Origin: an uncultured delta proteobacterium
Lineage (GTDB): Bacteria > Desulfobacterota > Desulfuromonadia > Desulfuromonadales > JACZKF01
Direction: 5' to 3'
DNA length: 64,000 bases
Assembly: GCA_963816395.1 (NCBI GenBank)
Contig: CAWFKQ010000013.1
Coordinates: 1-64,000, forward strand
The notes under the pieces were generated by a model, which was given only the letters and a program-made list of their open reading frames with translations, did no database searches and had not been told where the DNA came from. A program made the translations under genes and the position numbers. Below, one piece after another: positions 54,017 through 63,696 of this stretch (its first letter is position 1; every line of letters starts with the position of its first letter).

Positions 54017-56551
54017 ATGGAGCACGGATATACCGCCGAAGCCCGGCAGGCGATGCGCGAGGCGATCGCCGAGGCCGAGGGGAATGAAGTTTTTTTCCTC
54101 GGCCGCACCGACGGCGAGCGGCGGGTAACGGCAGTGGAGGTGCTGGCCCGCGGCTCGGCCGAGGCGGTGCCGGCGATCCTGCAGGTTTGCCGCTACGGCG
54201 AGGTGGTGATCCACAATCATCCCTCCGGCCGCCTCACCCCTTCGGCGGCGGATATCGAGATCGCCTCCCGGCTCGGCGCCCTCGGCGTCGGCTTCCATAT
54301 CGTCGATAACCCGGTGGCGAAGCTGTACAAGGTGGTCGAGGCCTTCGCCCCGAAGGCGGAGAAGCACCTGGCGCCGGCGCGCATCGCCGAAATCCTCGGG
54401 CCGGAAGGGGAGATCGCCCGGCACCTGCCCGGCTGGGAGGAGCGCCCGGAGCAGCTGCGCATGGCCTTCGCCGCCGCCGAGGCGTTCAATGCCGGGCGGC
54501 TGGCGGTGATCGAAGCCGGCACCGGCACCGGCAAGAGCCTCGCCTACCTCGTCCCAGCCCTGCTCTGGGCGCTGGAGAACGAGGAACGGATCGTCGTCTC
54601 CACCAACACCATCAACCTGCAGGAGCAGCTCATCCGCAAGGACCTCCCCTTCCTGCAGCGCGCCACCGGCCTGCAGTTCCGGGCGGTGCTGGTCAAAGGG
54701 CGGGGAAATTACCTCTGCCGCCGCCGGGCGGAGACGGCGCGCCTGGAGCCGGGGCTGTTCGATGATGAACTGAACGCCGAGGTGGAGGCGGTCCTGGCCT
54801 GGGCCCAGGCGACCAGCGACGGCTCCAGGGAGGAGTTGAATTTCGTCCCCCGGGCGGCGGTGTGGGAGGAGGTGCGCTGCGAGCTCGACCAGTGCCTGCG
54901 GGTGCGCTGCGCCCATTACGCCGGCTGCTTCTTTCACCGGGCGCGGCGCCAGGCGGCCCAGGCCGACCTGCTGGTGGTCAACCACGCCCTGCTCCTGGCC
55001 GACCTGGCGGTGCGCCGGCAGACCGACAACTACTCGGCGGCGGCCGTCCTGCCCCCCTTCGAGCGCATCATCCTCGACGAGGCGCATCACCTGGAGGATG
55101 TCGCCACCAGCCATTTCTCCGCCCAGGTCACCCGCTTCGCCTTCGCCCGGGTGCTGAACCGCCTGCGCCATCCGCGCAAGCCGGACAAGGGGCTGCTCCC
55201 CCGCTTCCTCGGTGCCCTGGCCAAGGAGCTGCCGGACAGCGAGGACGAACTCTACCGCGACCTGCACGGGCGCACCGACCGGCTGCTCGCCGCCGGCCAG
55301 GCGCTCCTCGAGCGGGCGGTGCGGGAGCTGGAGAAGATCGGCGAGGAGCTGGCCGCCGCCCTCGGCCGGGAGATCGGCGAGCGCGAGGAGATCCGCCAGC
55401 GGGTGGTCCCCGACTTCACCGCCGGCGCGGCCTGGCAGGGGGTGGTCGAACGGGTGCGCAGCCTGGCCCGGGAGACCGCCGATCTGGGCAAAGAGCTGCG
55501 CGCCCTGCTGCAGGCCGCCGGCCGCATGCCGGAGGCGGTCGCCGACAAGCTGGCCTCCCACCTGGTGGATCTGCGCGGGGCCGGCGGCCGCCTGGACGCC
55601 ATCGCCGGCGACCTCACCTTCTTCGTCGCCGGCGAGGAGGGGGTGTGCGCCTGGTTCGAGATCGTCCGCGGCCGGGTCGGGCGCGGCAGCGGCATCGTCA
55701 CCCGCCTCTGCACCGCCCCGCTGGAGGTGGCGGCCAGCCTCAAGGAGGCGGTCTACGACCGCTTCAAGACGGTCCTCATGACCAGCGCCACCCTGGCGGT
55801 GGGCGACTCCTTCGCCTATTTCGGGCACCGGGTGGGACTCGACCGCGCCGAGGCGGGGCGGCTGAGCGAGCTGCTCCTGGCCTCCCCCTTCGACTTCCCC
55901 CGCCAGGCGCTGGTGGCGGTGCCGACCGACCTGCCCGAGCCGGGGCGCGCCGGCTATCCGGAGGCGGTGCGCGACCTCGTCGAGCGCGCCATCCTCCTCG
56001 CCGACGGCCGCACCTTCGTCCTCTTCACCGCCTATTCCCTGCTGCGGCGGGTGCACGGCGAGCTGGCGCCGGTGCTGCAGGCGCGCCGCTACCGCGCCCT
56101 GCGCCAGGGGGAGGATCACCGGCACAAGCTGCTCAAGGCCTTCGCCGCCGACCCGACCAGCGTCCTCTTCGCCACCGACTCCTTCTGGGAGGGGGTGGAC
56201 GTCCCCGGCCGCGCCCTGGAGCAGGTGATCATCACCCGCCTGCCCTTCAAGGTCCCCACCGAGCCGGTCCTGGAGGCGCGCGCCGAAGCGATCGAGCGGG
56301 CCGGCGGCGACCCCTTCATGGAGTACACCGTGCCGCAGGCGGTGATCAAATTCAAGCAGGGCTTCGGCCGCCTGATCCGCCACCGCGACGACCGCGGCAT
56401 CGTGCTCATCCTCGATACCCGGGTGGTGAAGAAGGGGTACGGGCGGCTCTTCCTGCGCTCCCTGCCGCCGGCCGAAGTGGCCACCGGGCCGGCGGCGGAG
56501 GTCTTCGCCCGCATGGCCGATTTCCTCCGACCCTCCGCGCCTCTGCCCTGA
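54017..56551 (+). CDS. DinG/YoaA-family Fe-S helicase with N-terminal JAB/JAMM domain
   Basis: HNHPSGRLTPSAAD; EAGTGTGKS; Cys cluster NYLC..C..C..C; DEAHH; SATL; FWEGVD; QGFGRLIR. Confidence 0.92.
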   Translation: MEHGYTAEARQAMREAIAEAEGNEVFFLGRTDGERRVTAVEVLARGSAEAVPAILQVCRYGEVVIHNHPSGRLTPSAADIEIASRLGALGVGFHIVDNPVAKLYKVVEAFAPKAEKHLAPARIAEILGPEGEIARHLPGWEERPEQLRMAFAAAEAFNAGRLAVIEAGTGTGKSLAYLVPALLWALENEERIVVSTNTINLQEQLIRKDLPFLQRATGLQFRAVLVKGRGNYLCRRRAETARLEPGLFDDELNAEVEAVLAWAQATSDGSREELNFVPRAAVWEEVRCELDQCLRVRCAHYAGCFFHRARRQAAQADLLVVNHALLLADLAVRRQTDNYSAAAVLPPFERIILDEAHHLEDVATSHFSAQVTRFAFARVLNRLRHPRKPDKGLLPRFLGALAKELPDSEDELYRDLHGRTDRLLAAGQALLERAVRELEKIGEELAAALGREIGEREEIRQRVVPDFTAGAAWQGVVERVRSLARETADLGKELRALLQAAGRMPEAVADKLASHLVDLRGAGGRLDAIAGDLTFFVAGEEGVCAWFEIVRGRVGRGSGIVTRLCTAPLEVAASLKEAVYDRFKTVLMTSATLAVGDSFAYFGHRVGLDRAEAGRLSELLLASPFDFPRQALVAVPTDLPEPGRAGYPEAVRDLVERAILLADGRTFVLFTAYSLLRRVHGELAPVLQARRYRALRQGEDHRHKLLKAFAADPTSVLFATDSFWEGVDVPGRALEQVIITRLPFKVPTEPVLEARAEAIERAGGDPFMEYTVPQAVIKFKQGFGRLIRHRDDRGIVLILDTRVVKKGYGRLFLRSLPPAEVATGPAAEVFARMADFLRPSAPLP

Positions 56552-56726
56552 AAAGTTTGCCTTAAATTTGAAAAAACCGGATAACGCAAAGACGCAAAGC
56601 TGAGAACCAAGACGCAGAGAAAATCCGTAAACTATTTGCTTTATACCCTTTGCGGCTTTCATTTCCCTTTGCGCCTTAGCGTTGAAATTCTTGCTTTTCA
56701 TCGCCTTCGGTTGTGCCGCAGGTACA
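56547..56726 (+). repeat. ~180-bp dispersed repeat, copy 2
   Basis: Aligns with 34323..34505; its left end contains the helicase stop codon. Confidence 0.9.
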
Positions 56727-56777
56727 TATGGGACTGCCACCCGGCATACGGACGCCAGAACCTCACGAAAAAAATTC

Positions 56778-56828
56778 TTGACAAGCGTCATCCTGCGGCT
56801 AGAATTAAGACCAATTTGGTCATTAATT
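56778..56828 (+). promoter_or_regulatory. cyd operon promoter with palindromic operator
   Basis: TTGACA-16 nt-TAGAAT overlapped/followed by AATTAA-GACCAA-T-TTGGTC-A-TTAATT. Confidence 0.7.
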
Positions 56829-56852
56829 TAATTCCTCAAGAGGAGAGCTGCC

Positions 56853-56957
56853 ATGGCCCTGTGGAAATGCGAGAAATGCGGATTCGAGAAGGAGGGACGC
56901 TGCAAGCCGAAGAAATGTCCCACCTGCCAGTCCTCCGGTTTCGTCAAACAATCCTGA
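56853..56957 (+). CDS. RCKP-type rubredoxin-like small protein (34 aa)
   Basis: GAGGAG RBS; MALWKCEKCGFEKEGRCKPKKCPTCQSSGFVKQS. Confidence 0.85.
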   Translation: MALWKCEKCGFEKEGRCKPKKCPTCQSSGFVKQS

Positions 56958-56982
56958 CCAGCTGGCCGTCGAGGAGCACCTC

Positions 56983-57207
56983 ATGGCCGCCCTGCCCCTG
57001 CGCTGCTACCGCTTCTACCGCGACGGCTTTCGCGCCATGCGCCTGGGCCGCACCCTGTGGGCGGTGGTGCTGATCAAGCTCCTCGTCCTGTTCGCCGTCC
57101 AAAGAATTTTCTTCCCCGATCTCCTGCACACCCGCTTCGCCACCGACGGCGAGCGGGCCGGCCACGTCCTGGAGCAGCTCAGCCGGCTCCCCGGCGGCAG
57201 GCGGTGA
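56983..57207 (+). CDS. DUF4492-like small membrane protein
   Basis: YRFYRDGFRAMRLGRTLWAVVLIKLLVLFA...FFPD, directly upstream of cydA. Confidence 0.85.
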   Translation: MAALPLRCYRFYRDGFRAMRLGRTLWAVVLIKLLVLFAVQRIFFPDLLHTRFATDGERAGHVLEQLSRLPGGRR

Positions 57208-57233
57208 GAACGGGCACTGAACTGGAGGTTAAT

Positions 57234-58770
57234 GTGATCGACGCCACCGAGCTGGCGCAGGTCGACTGGGCGCGCGCCCAGTTCGCCCTGACCGCCATGT
57301 TCCACTGGATCTTCGTCCCCCTCACCCTGGGACTCTCCTTTCTTCTCGCCTTCTTCGAGACCTTCTACGTCAAGACCGGCAACGAGGAATGGAAGCGACT
57401 CACCCGCTTCTGGATGAAGCTGTTCGCCGTCAATTTCGCCATCGGCATCGCCACCGGCCTGATCCTGGAATTCGAGTTCGGCACCAACTGGGCCAATTAC
57501 TCCTGGATGGTCGGGGATATCTTCGGCGCGCCGCTGGCGGTGGAGGGGATCTTCGCCTTCTTCATCGAGGCGACCTTCTTCGCCGTGATGTTCTTCGGCT
57601 GGGACCGGGTGTCGCAGCGCTTCCATCTCTTCTCCACCTGGATGGTGGCGATCGGCTCCAATCTCTCCGCCCTGTGGATCCTGGTGGCCAACGGCTGGAT
57701 GCAGAACCCGGTGGGGATGCGCTTCAACGCCGACAGCGCCCGCTTCGAGATGCAGGATTTCTGGAGCGTGCTCTTCTCGCCCTCGGCCATCGGCAAGTTC
57801 ACCCACGCCACCAGTTCCGGCTTCGTCTTCGCCTCCCTCTTCGTGGTCGCCGTCTCCTCCTGGTTCCTGCTGCGGGGGCGGCATGCGGAGCTGGCCAAGC
57901 GGAGCATAATGGTCGCCGCCGTCTTCGGCCTGCTCTCCTCCGCCTTCGTCGCCTTCACCGGCGACGAGTCGGCCTACACCCTCTCCCGGACGCAGCCGAT
58001 GAAGCTGGCGGCCATGGAGGGGCTCTACGACGGCGAAACCGGCTGCGCCCTGTGCGCCATCGGCGTGCTCAATCCGGAGAAGACGCCCGGGGATGCCGCC
58101 CCCCCTTACCGTTTCGCGGTCAAGGTTCCCTACGTCCTCTCCATCCTCGCCAACCGCAACCCGGACAGCTTCGTCCCCGGCATCAACGACCTGGTCTTCG
58201 GCAATCCGGGGCAGCAGGTGATGGGGGTGACCGAGAAGATGGCGCGGGGGCGGCGGGCGGTGGCCGGGCTCGGCGCCTACCAGCAGGCGAAAGCGGCCGG
58301 CGACGCCGCAGGGCGCGGCGGCGGCCCTGGCGGCCTTCAACCGGGACCAGGAATATCTCGGCTACGGCTACCTGCAGAGTCCGCAGGAGGCAGTGCCGCC
58401 GGTGGCGCTCTCCTTCTACAGCTTCCGCCTGATGGTCGGCCTGGGTCTTTTCTTCCCGCTGCTTTTCCTGCTTTTACTGATCTTTACCTGGCGTGACAGC
58501 ATCACCGGCCGCAAGTGGCTGCTGCGCACCGGAGTGGCCAGCCTCTTTCTCGGCCTGGTCGCCTCGCAGGCCGGCTGGGTGGTGGCCGAAGTCGGCCGGC
58601 AGCCCTGGGCCATCCAGGGGCTGCTGCCGGTGACGGTGGCCCGCTCCAACCTGACGGCGGCGACGGTGCAGACCACCTTCTTCCTCTTCCTGGTCCTGTT
58701 CACCGTCCTGCTCATCGCCGAACTGCGCATCATGCTGAAGCAGATTCACATCGGACCGGAGGAGAACTGA
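57234..58770 (+). CDS. cydA: Cytochrome bd oxidase subunit I (frameshift near 58312)
   Basis: RAQFALTAMFHWIF, EFEFGTNW, ANGWMQNP, QPMKLAAMEG, AEVGRQPW. Confidence 0.94.
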
Positions 58771-58771
58771 C

Positions 58772-59908
58772 ATGATCGGCAGCCTGGATATCTCCGTATT
58801 GCAGAAGCTCTGGTGGCTGATCGCCGCCACCGTCGGCAGCCTCTTTCTCTTCCTCACCTTCGTCCAGGGGGGGCAGACCCTGCTCTTCACCGCCGCCCGG
58901 GACGAGGTGGAGAAGTCCCTGGTGCTCAACTCCATCGGCCGCAAGTGGGAGCTGACCTTCACCACCCTGGTGCTCTTCGGCGGCGCCCTGTTCGCCGCCT
59001 TCCCCCTCTTCTACGCCACCAGCTTCGGCGGCGCCTACTGGGTGTGGATGCTCATCCTGTTCACCTTCGTGCTGCAGGCGGTGAGCTTCGAGTACCGCAA
59101 GAAGCCGCACAACCTGCTGGGGGAGAGGATCTACGAGCTCTTCCTGCTGCTCAACGGCAGCCTCGGCATCCTGCTGATCGGCGCCGCCGTCGGCACCTTC
59201 TTCACCGGCGCCAACTTCACCCTCAACGCCATGCGCTCGGCCACCTGGACCCATCCCCTGCGCGGCCTGGAGGCGGCCTTCGACCCGTTCAACGTCGCCC
59301 TCGGGCTGTTCCTGGTCTTCCACGCCCGGGTGCTGGGGGCCCTCTACCTGGCCAACCACCTCGACCACCCGCCGCTGGAGGCGCGCCTGCGGCGGGCCGC
59401 CTTCGGCAACTTCCTGGCCGCCCTGCCGTTCCTGCTCTTCGTCCTCTTCCGCCTGCTGACCATGCCCGGCTACGCCGTCGACCCGGCGAGCGGCGCCGTC
59501 TCCCTGGAGGCCGGCAAGTACCTGCACAACCTGCTGGCCATGCCGGCGGTGCCGGTGCTGCTGCTGGCCGGCGTGCTGCTGGTGGTCTGGGGGGTGGCGG
59601 CGGTACGCTTCGGCGGCGGCCGGAGCGGCATCTGGTTCGCCGGTCCGGGAACGGTCCTGGTCGGCCTCGCCCTCTTCTGTCTGGCCGGCTACAACCATAC
59701 CGCCTTCTACCCCTCGCAGGCCGATCTGGCGAGCAGCCTGACCATCGCCAACGCCTCGAGCAGCCATTACACCCTCACCGTCATGAGCTATGTCGCCCTG
59801 GCGGTCCCCTTCGTCCTCGCCTATGTCGCCGCCGTCTGGCGGATGATGGATGCGCGCCGGTTCACTGCCGCCGACCTGCAGGGGGCGGCGGCCAAAGATC
59901 AATACTGA
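58772..59908 (+). CDS. cydB: Cytochrome bd oxidase subunit II
   Basis: FVQGGQ, GRKWELTFTTLVLFGGALFAAFP, SLTIANASSS. Confidence 0.93.
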   Translation: MIGSLDISVLQKLWWLIAATVGSLFLFLTFVQGGQTLLFTAARDEVEKSLVLNSIGRKWELTFTTLVLFGGALFAAFPLFYATSFGGAYWVWMLILFTFVLQAVSFEYRKKPHNLLGERIYELFLLLNGSLGILLIGAAVGTFFTGANFTLNAMRSATWTHPLRGLEAAFDPFNVALGLFLVFHARVLGALYLANHLDHPPLEARLRRAAFGNFLAALPFLLFVLFRLLTMPGYAVDPASGAVSLEAGKYLHNLLAMPAVPVLLLAGVLLVVWGVAAVRFGGGRSGIWFAGPGTVLVGLALFCLAGYNHTAFYPSQADLASSLTIANASSSHYTLTVMSYVALAVPFVLAYVAAVWRMMDARRFTAADLQGAAAKDQY

Positions 59909-59921
59909 AAGGAGAACACCC

Positions 59922-60014
59922 ATGGTGATCGCGATGCTGGTCGGCTGGATGGCTCTGCTGGCCCTCTCCTGCAAGGGAGCGGAGCTGGTGCTGCGGAAAG
60001 CCGGCAAACTCTGA
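59922..60014 (+). CDS. 30-aa single-TM peptide, candidate CydX/CydS-like subunit
   Basis: AAGGAGA RBS; MVIAMLVGWMALLALSCKGAELVLRKAGKL; lies before the operon terminator. Confidence 0.7.
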   Translation: MVIAMLVGWMALLALSCKGAELVLRKAGKL

Positions 60015-60064
60015 ATCTTAACGACAAGTCCGCCGGGCGTCTCCCCCCTCCTGACGCCCGGCGG

Positions 60065-60100
60065 CGGGCCGGTCGGCATTTTTGCCGGCCGGCCCTTTTT
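60065..60100 (+). terminator. cyd operon terminator
   Basis: GGGCCGGTCGGCA-ttt-TGCCGGCCGGCCC-TTTTTT. Confidence 0.8.
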
Positions 60101-60179
60101 TAATGTCTCTTTCGGAGGGAATTGGGGCAGCGCTTTGGGGAATGGAAGCTTTGGAGATTGCGGGGATGGCTATGACCGC

Positions 60180-60234
60180 CACCTGATACCTGATGCCTGA
60201 ATCCTGAACCTCAGGCCTTGACCTCCTACCTCCG
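60180..60234. repeat. Heptamer tandem array
   Basis: cacctga tacctga tgcctga atcctga ... gccttga cctccta. Confidence 0.65.
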
Positions 60235-60561
60235 CTGACCTCTCGGCGGCACCATCTCCATCCGCACCCCCGGCCAGCGCCGGGCCGGGTAGCCCGGGTC
60301 GTGCTGATGGGCGTAGGCTTCCCGCTCGAAGCTCTTCTGCCGGTACGGCAGCCGCCGCTCGGTCCAGAAATAGCGCCACAGGAAGCGGCCGATGCCGTGC
60401 TCGGCGTACTGGCAGGCGTGGATGAGCTCGTGCCGCAAGGCCTCCGGCGGCAGGAGTTCGAGGCGGCTGCGGAAAAAAATATGGCTGCCGAGAACAAAGC
60501 CGGAAACCCAGCGGGGGAAGAAAAAAAGGCAGGGGGAGCGTTCGTGCACCCGGATCTTCAT
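60226..60561 (-). CDS. Small HExxH zincin-like protein (DUF4157-like)
   Basis: LRHELIHACQY ... FEREAY. Confidence 0.7.
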   Translation of the reverse strand: MKIRVHERSPCLFFFPRWVSGFVLGSHIFFRSRLELLPPEALRHELIHACQYAEHGIGRFLWRYFWTERRLPYRQKSFEREAYAHQHDPGYPARRWPGVRMEMVPPRGQRR

Positions 60562-60667
60562 GTCTTCATCATACGCGCTCTGGCAGGGATGATGCAGAAC
60601 CATCAGTGACCGGCGGCCGGTGCCCGTTCCGCCGCCGCCGGCAAACCCTGCCTATAGGAGATGGCAA

Positions 60668-61144
60668 ATGAACAAGCGAACCCTGGTTTTTCTGCTTTTT
60701 TCCCCTCTGCTGGCGGCGGCGCCCGCGGTCGCAGGGGATGTCGGTGTCAATGTCAATGTCAACCTGGGCGCCCCCGCCCCGGTGCCGATTATCGTCTCTG
60801 AGCCTCCGTTATTTCTCGTGCCTCGCGCCCTCGGTTTCCAGGTTGCGGTGGGGATCGATTTCGACATGTTCCACATCGACGGCCGATATTATACCTGCCG
60901 GGATCACGTCTGGTACGTCGGTCATCGCTACAACGGCCCGTGGCAGGTCGTCCGGCACGACCACCTGCCGCCGGGGCTGCGCAAGCACAGGTTAGCCAGC
61001 ATCCGCCAATACCGGGATGAAGAGTACCGGCACTACCACCAGGATCGGGAGCGCTATCACGGCAGCTCCTACCGGCCAGAAGGCGAAGGCGAACACCATC
61101 ACGGCAACGGCAAGGCCAAAGGCAGGTACAAGCACGGCGACTGA
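60668..61144 (+). CDS. Exported protein with Pro/Trp- and His-rich regions
   Basis: GGAG RBS, signal peptide, VGVNVNV, YNGPW, LPPGLRK, His-rich tail. Confidence 0.7.
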   Translation: MNKRTLVFLLFSPLLAAAPAVAGDVGVNVNVNLGAPAPVPIIVSEPPLFLVPRALGFQVAVGIDFDMFHIDGRYYTCRDHVWYVGHRYNGPWQVVRHDHLPPGLRKHRLASIRQYRDEEYRHYHQDRERYHGSSYRPEGEGEHHHGNGKAKGRYKHGD

Positions 61145-61208
61145 GCCGCGGCCATCTGCTTTCCCGGGGCGGCCACTGCCGGCGGCCCCGGGAAGGCAGG
61201 ACCGGTAC

Positions 61209-63209
61209 TCAATGCCCCCGCCCGAGCAATTCCCGCACCTTCTCGGCGACAGCCTCCGGCGTAAAGCCGAAATGCCGCATCAGCACGCCACCGGGGGCGC
61301 TGGCGCCGAAGCCGCGCATGCCGATCACCGCCCCGGCCTCCCCGACATACCGCTCCCAGCCGAAGGGGGAAGCCGCCTCGACCGCCACCCGGACGCGGCA
61401 GTTCGGGGGGAGGACCTGCCGGCGGTAGACTTCCTCCTGCGCCTCGAAAAGCTCCCAGCTGGCCAGTGAAACCACCCGGCTGCCGATCCCCTCCTGTTGC
61501 AGCTGGTCACGGGCGGCCAGTGCCAGATGCACCTCCGAACCGCTGGCGATGAGGATGGCGCGCAGCTCCCCTTCCTCCGCGGCCAGAATGTAGCCGCCCC
61601 GCCGCACCCCTGCCGCCGGGGCGAGACGGGAGCGGTCGAGCACCGGCAGGCTCTGCCGGGTGAGGACCAGGGCCGTGGGGCCGCGGCGATTGGCGATGGC
61701 GAGCTTCCAGGCTTCGGCCGTCTCGTTGGCGTCGGCCGGGCGGATCACCGTCAGGTTCGGCACCGTCCGCAGGCCCGGCAGCTGTTCCACCGGCTGGTGC
61801 GTGGGGCCGTCTTCGCCCAGGCCGATCGAATCATGGGTGAAGACGTAGATGGGGGCGATTCCCATCAGGGCGGCCAGGCGCACGGGGGGGCGCATGTAAT
61901 CGGCGAAGATGAGGAAGGTGCCGCCGTAGGGAATCAGCCCGGGGGTGTGGGCGAGGCCGTTGAGAACGGCGCCCATGGCGTGCTCGCGCACCCCGAAGTG
62001 CAGGTTGCGGCCGCTGCCGTAGGGGCCGAAGGACCGCTCCCCCCTGAGCCTGGTGTTGTTGGAGGGGGCGAGATCGGCGGAGCCGCCGAGCAGGAACGGC
62101 AGGCGGGCGGCCAGGGCGTTGAGGACGATGCCGCTGGCCTGGCGGGTGGCCATCGCCCCGTCGCCCGGGGCGAAAGCCGGCAGTTCCCGGTCCCAGCCGT
62201 CGGGGAGGCCGCCGGTCATCTGCAGCCAGTGGGTGAGGGAGGAATGGCCGGCGGCGCGCAGAGACTCAAAACGCTCCTGCCAGCCGGCTTCGAGGCGCTC
62301 GCCGCGGGCGACCGCCTCCCCCATGTGCCGCCGGACCGTATCGCTGACCACGAAGTGCTCGTCGGGACTCTGCCCCAGCGCCTCCTTGATCAGCCGCACC
62401 TCCTCCTTCCCGAGGGGGGCGCCGTGCGCCTCGGCGGTCCCCCGCTTGTTCGGCGAGCCCTCGGCGATGTGGGTGCGGGCGATGATCAGCGAGGGGCGGG
62501 GATCGCGCTTGGCCCGCTCCAGGGCCGGCTCGATGTCGAGCAGGTTGTGCCCCTCGACCCGCTCGACGTGCCAGCCGTAGGCGAGAAAACGGGTGGCCAC
62601 CTCCTCGCTGAAGGCGAGCCGCGTCTCCCCCTCGATGGTGATGTAGTTATCCAGGTAGAGGTAAATGAGATTTCCCAGGCGCAGGTGGCCGGCCAGGGAA
62701 GCGGCCTCGGCCGCCACCCCTTCCATCAGGTCGCCGTCCGAGCAGAGGGCGTAGATGCGGTAGTCGAACAGCTCCCGGTCGACGTGCTCGGCCAGGAAAC
62801 GGGCGCCCATGCCCATGCCCACCCCGGCCGCAAACCCCTGGCCGAGCGGGCCGGTGGTCGTCTCCACCCCCGGAGTATGGCCGAACTCCGGGTGGCCGGG
62901 GGTGCGGCTGCCGAGCTGGCGGAAATTGATCAGCTCCTCCAGGGGGAGGTTGTAGCCGGTCAGGTGCAGCAGGCTGTAGAGGAGCATCGAGGCATGGCCG
63001 CAGGAAAGCACGAAACGGTCGCGGCCGGGCCAGGCAGGATTCTTCGGGTTGTGGCGCAGGTGGCGGGTGAACAGGAGATAGCCGATGGGGGCGGCCTCCA
63101 TCGGTGTCCCCGGATGGCCGGAGTGGGCTTTTTCCACCGCATCCACCGCCAGCAGGCGGATGCTGTCGATGGCTGCCGTGGCCAGTTTCAGATCGATATC
63201 GGGCTGCAT
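61209..63209 (-). CDS. tkt: Transketolase
   Basis: [38 protein letters not shown]. Confidence 0.96.
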   Translation of the reverse strand: MQPDIDLKLATAAIDSIRLLAVDAVEKAHSGHPGTPMEAAPIGYLLFTRHLRHNPKNPAWPGRDRFVLSCGHASMLLYSLLHLTGYNLPLEELINFRQLGSRTPGHPEFGHTPGVETTTGPLGQGFAAGVGMGMGARFLAEHVDRELFDYRIYALCSDGDLMEGVAAEAASLAGHLRLGNLIYLYLDNYITIEGETRLAFSEEVATRFLAYGWHVERVEGHNLLDIEPALERAKRDPRPSLIIARTHIAEGSPNKRGTAEAHGAPLGKEEVRLIKEALGQSPDEHFVVSDTVRRHMGEAVARGERLEAGWQERFESLRAAGHSSLTHWLQMTGGLPDGWDRELPAFAPGDGAMATRQASGIVLNALAARLPFLLGGSADLAPSNNTRLRGERSFGPYGSGRNLHFGVREHAMGAVLNGLAHTPGLIPYGGTFLIFADYMRPPVRLAALMGIAPIYVFTHDSIGLGEDGPTHQPVEQLPGLRTVPNLTVIRPADANETAEAWKLAIANRRGPTALVLTRQSLPVLDRSRLAPAAGVRRGGYILAAEEGELRAILIASGSEVHLALAARDQLQQEGIGSRVVSLASWELFEAQEEVYRRQVLPPNCRVRVAVEAASPFGWERYVGEAGAVIGMRGFGASAPGGVLMRHFGFTPEAVAEKVRELLGRGH

Positions 63210-63288
63210 GGGAACTCCTGAGTGAGGTACTGTTCCGAAGAGTTTGTCTTAAGCCATAAAAGCCTGGATATTTTAACACAGGCCAACA

Positions 63289-63465
63289 TGTGCCTGCGGC
63301 ACACCCGAAGACAATGAAAACCAGGATCTTAACGCTAAGGCGCCAAGGGAAATGAAAGTCGCAAAGGATGTAAAGCGAACAGTCTTACGGATTTTCTCTG
63401 CGCCTTGGTTCTCAGCTTTGCGTCTTTGCGTTATCCGTTTTTTCCAGGGCCTTAAGCCGAATTTG
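63289..63465 (-). repeat. ~180-bp dispersed repeat, copy 3 (inverted)
   Basis: Reverse complement aligns with copies 1 and 2. Confidence 0.9.
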
Positions 63466-63696
63466 CTGAGGAGAAGGAAATCGATTAATTGACGGAACCC
63501 CCTCTGCGTCTGCGTTAAAAGCCCTTGCTCTTTCGCCTTCGGTGAGCTGCGGGTCCTGGTTGCTGAAAAGGTCGATTTCCCCAGGTTGTATGCGCATTGA
63601 AGCAGGATAGGGCGGGGAATGCAAGGGGAGGGAGGAAAATGGGGTCGATTCCGGGATAGAATAGAGACAAAGGCAATATCAGCGAGGAGGTCGCCT

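Noticed and set aside
54017..56551. DinG as part of type IV CRISPR or a defence island
   Set aside because: No csf/cas, E1/E2/ubiquitin-like or other defence genes nearby; the context is housekeeping.
53894..56791. 965-aa minus-strand ORF and other long antisense ORFs (e.g. 15408..17741, 45264..47525, 20525..22363)
   Set aside because: Shadow frames of real high-GC genes; no recognisable motifs.
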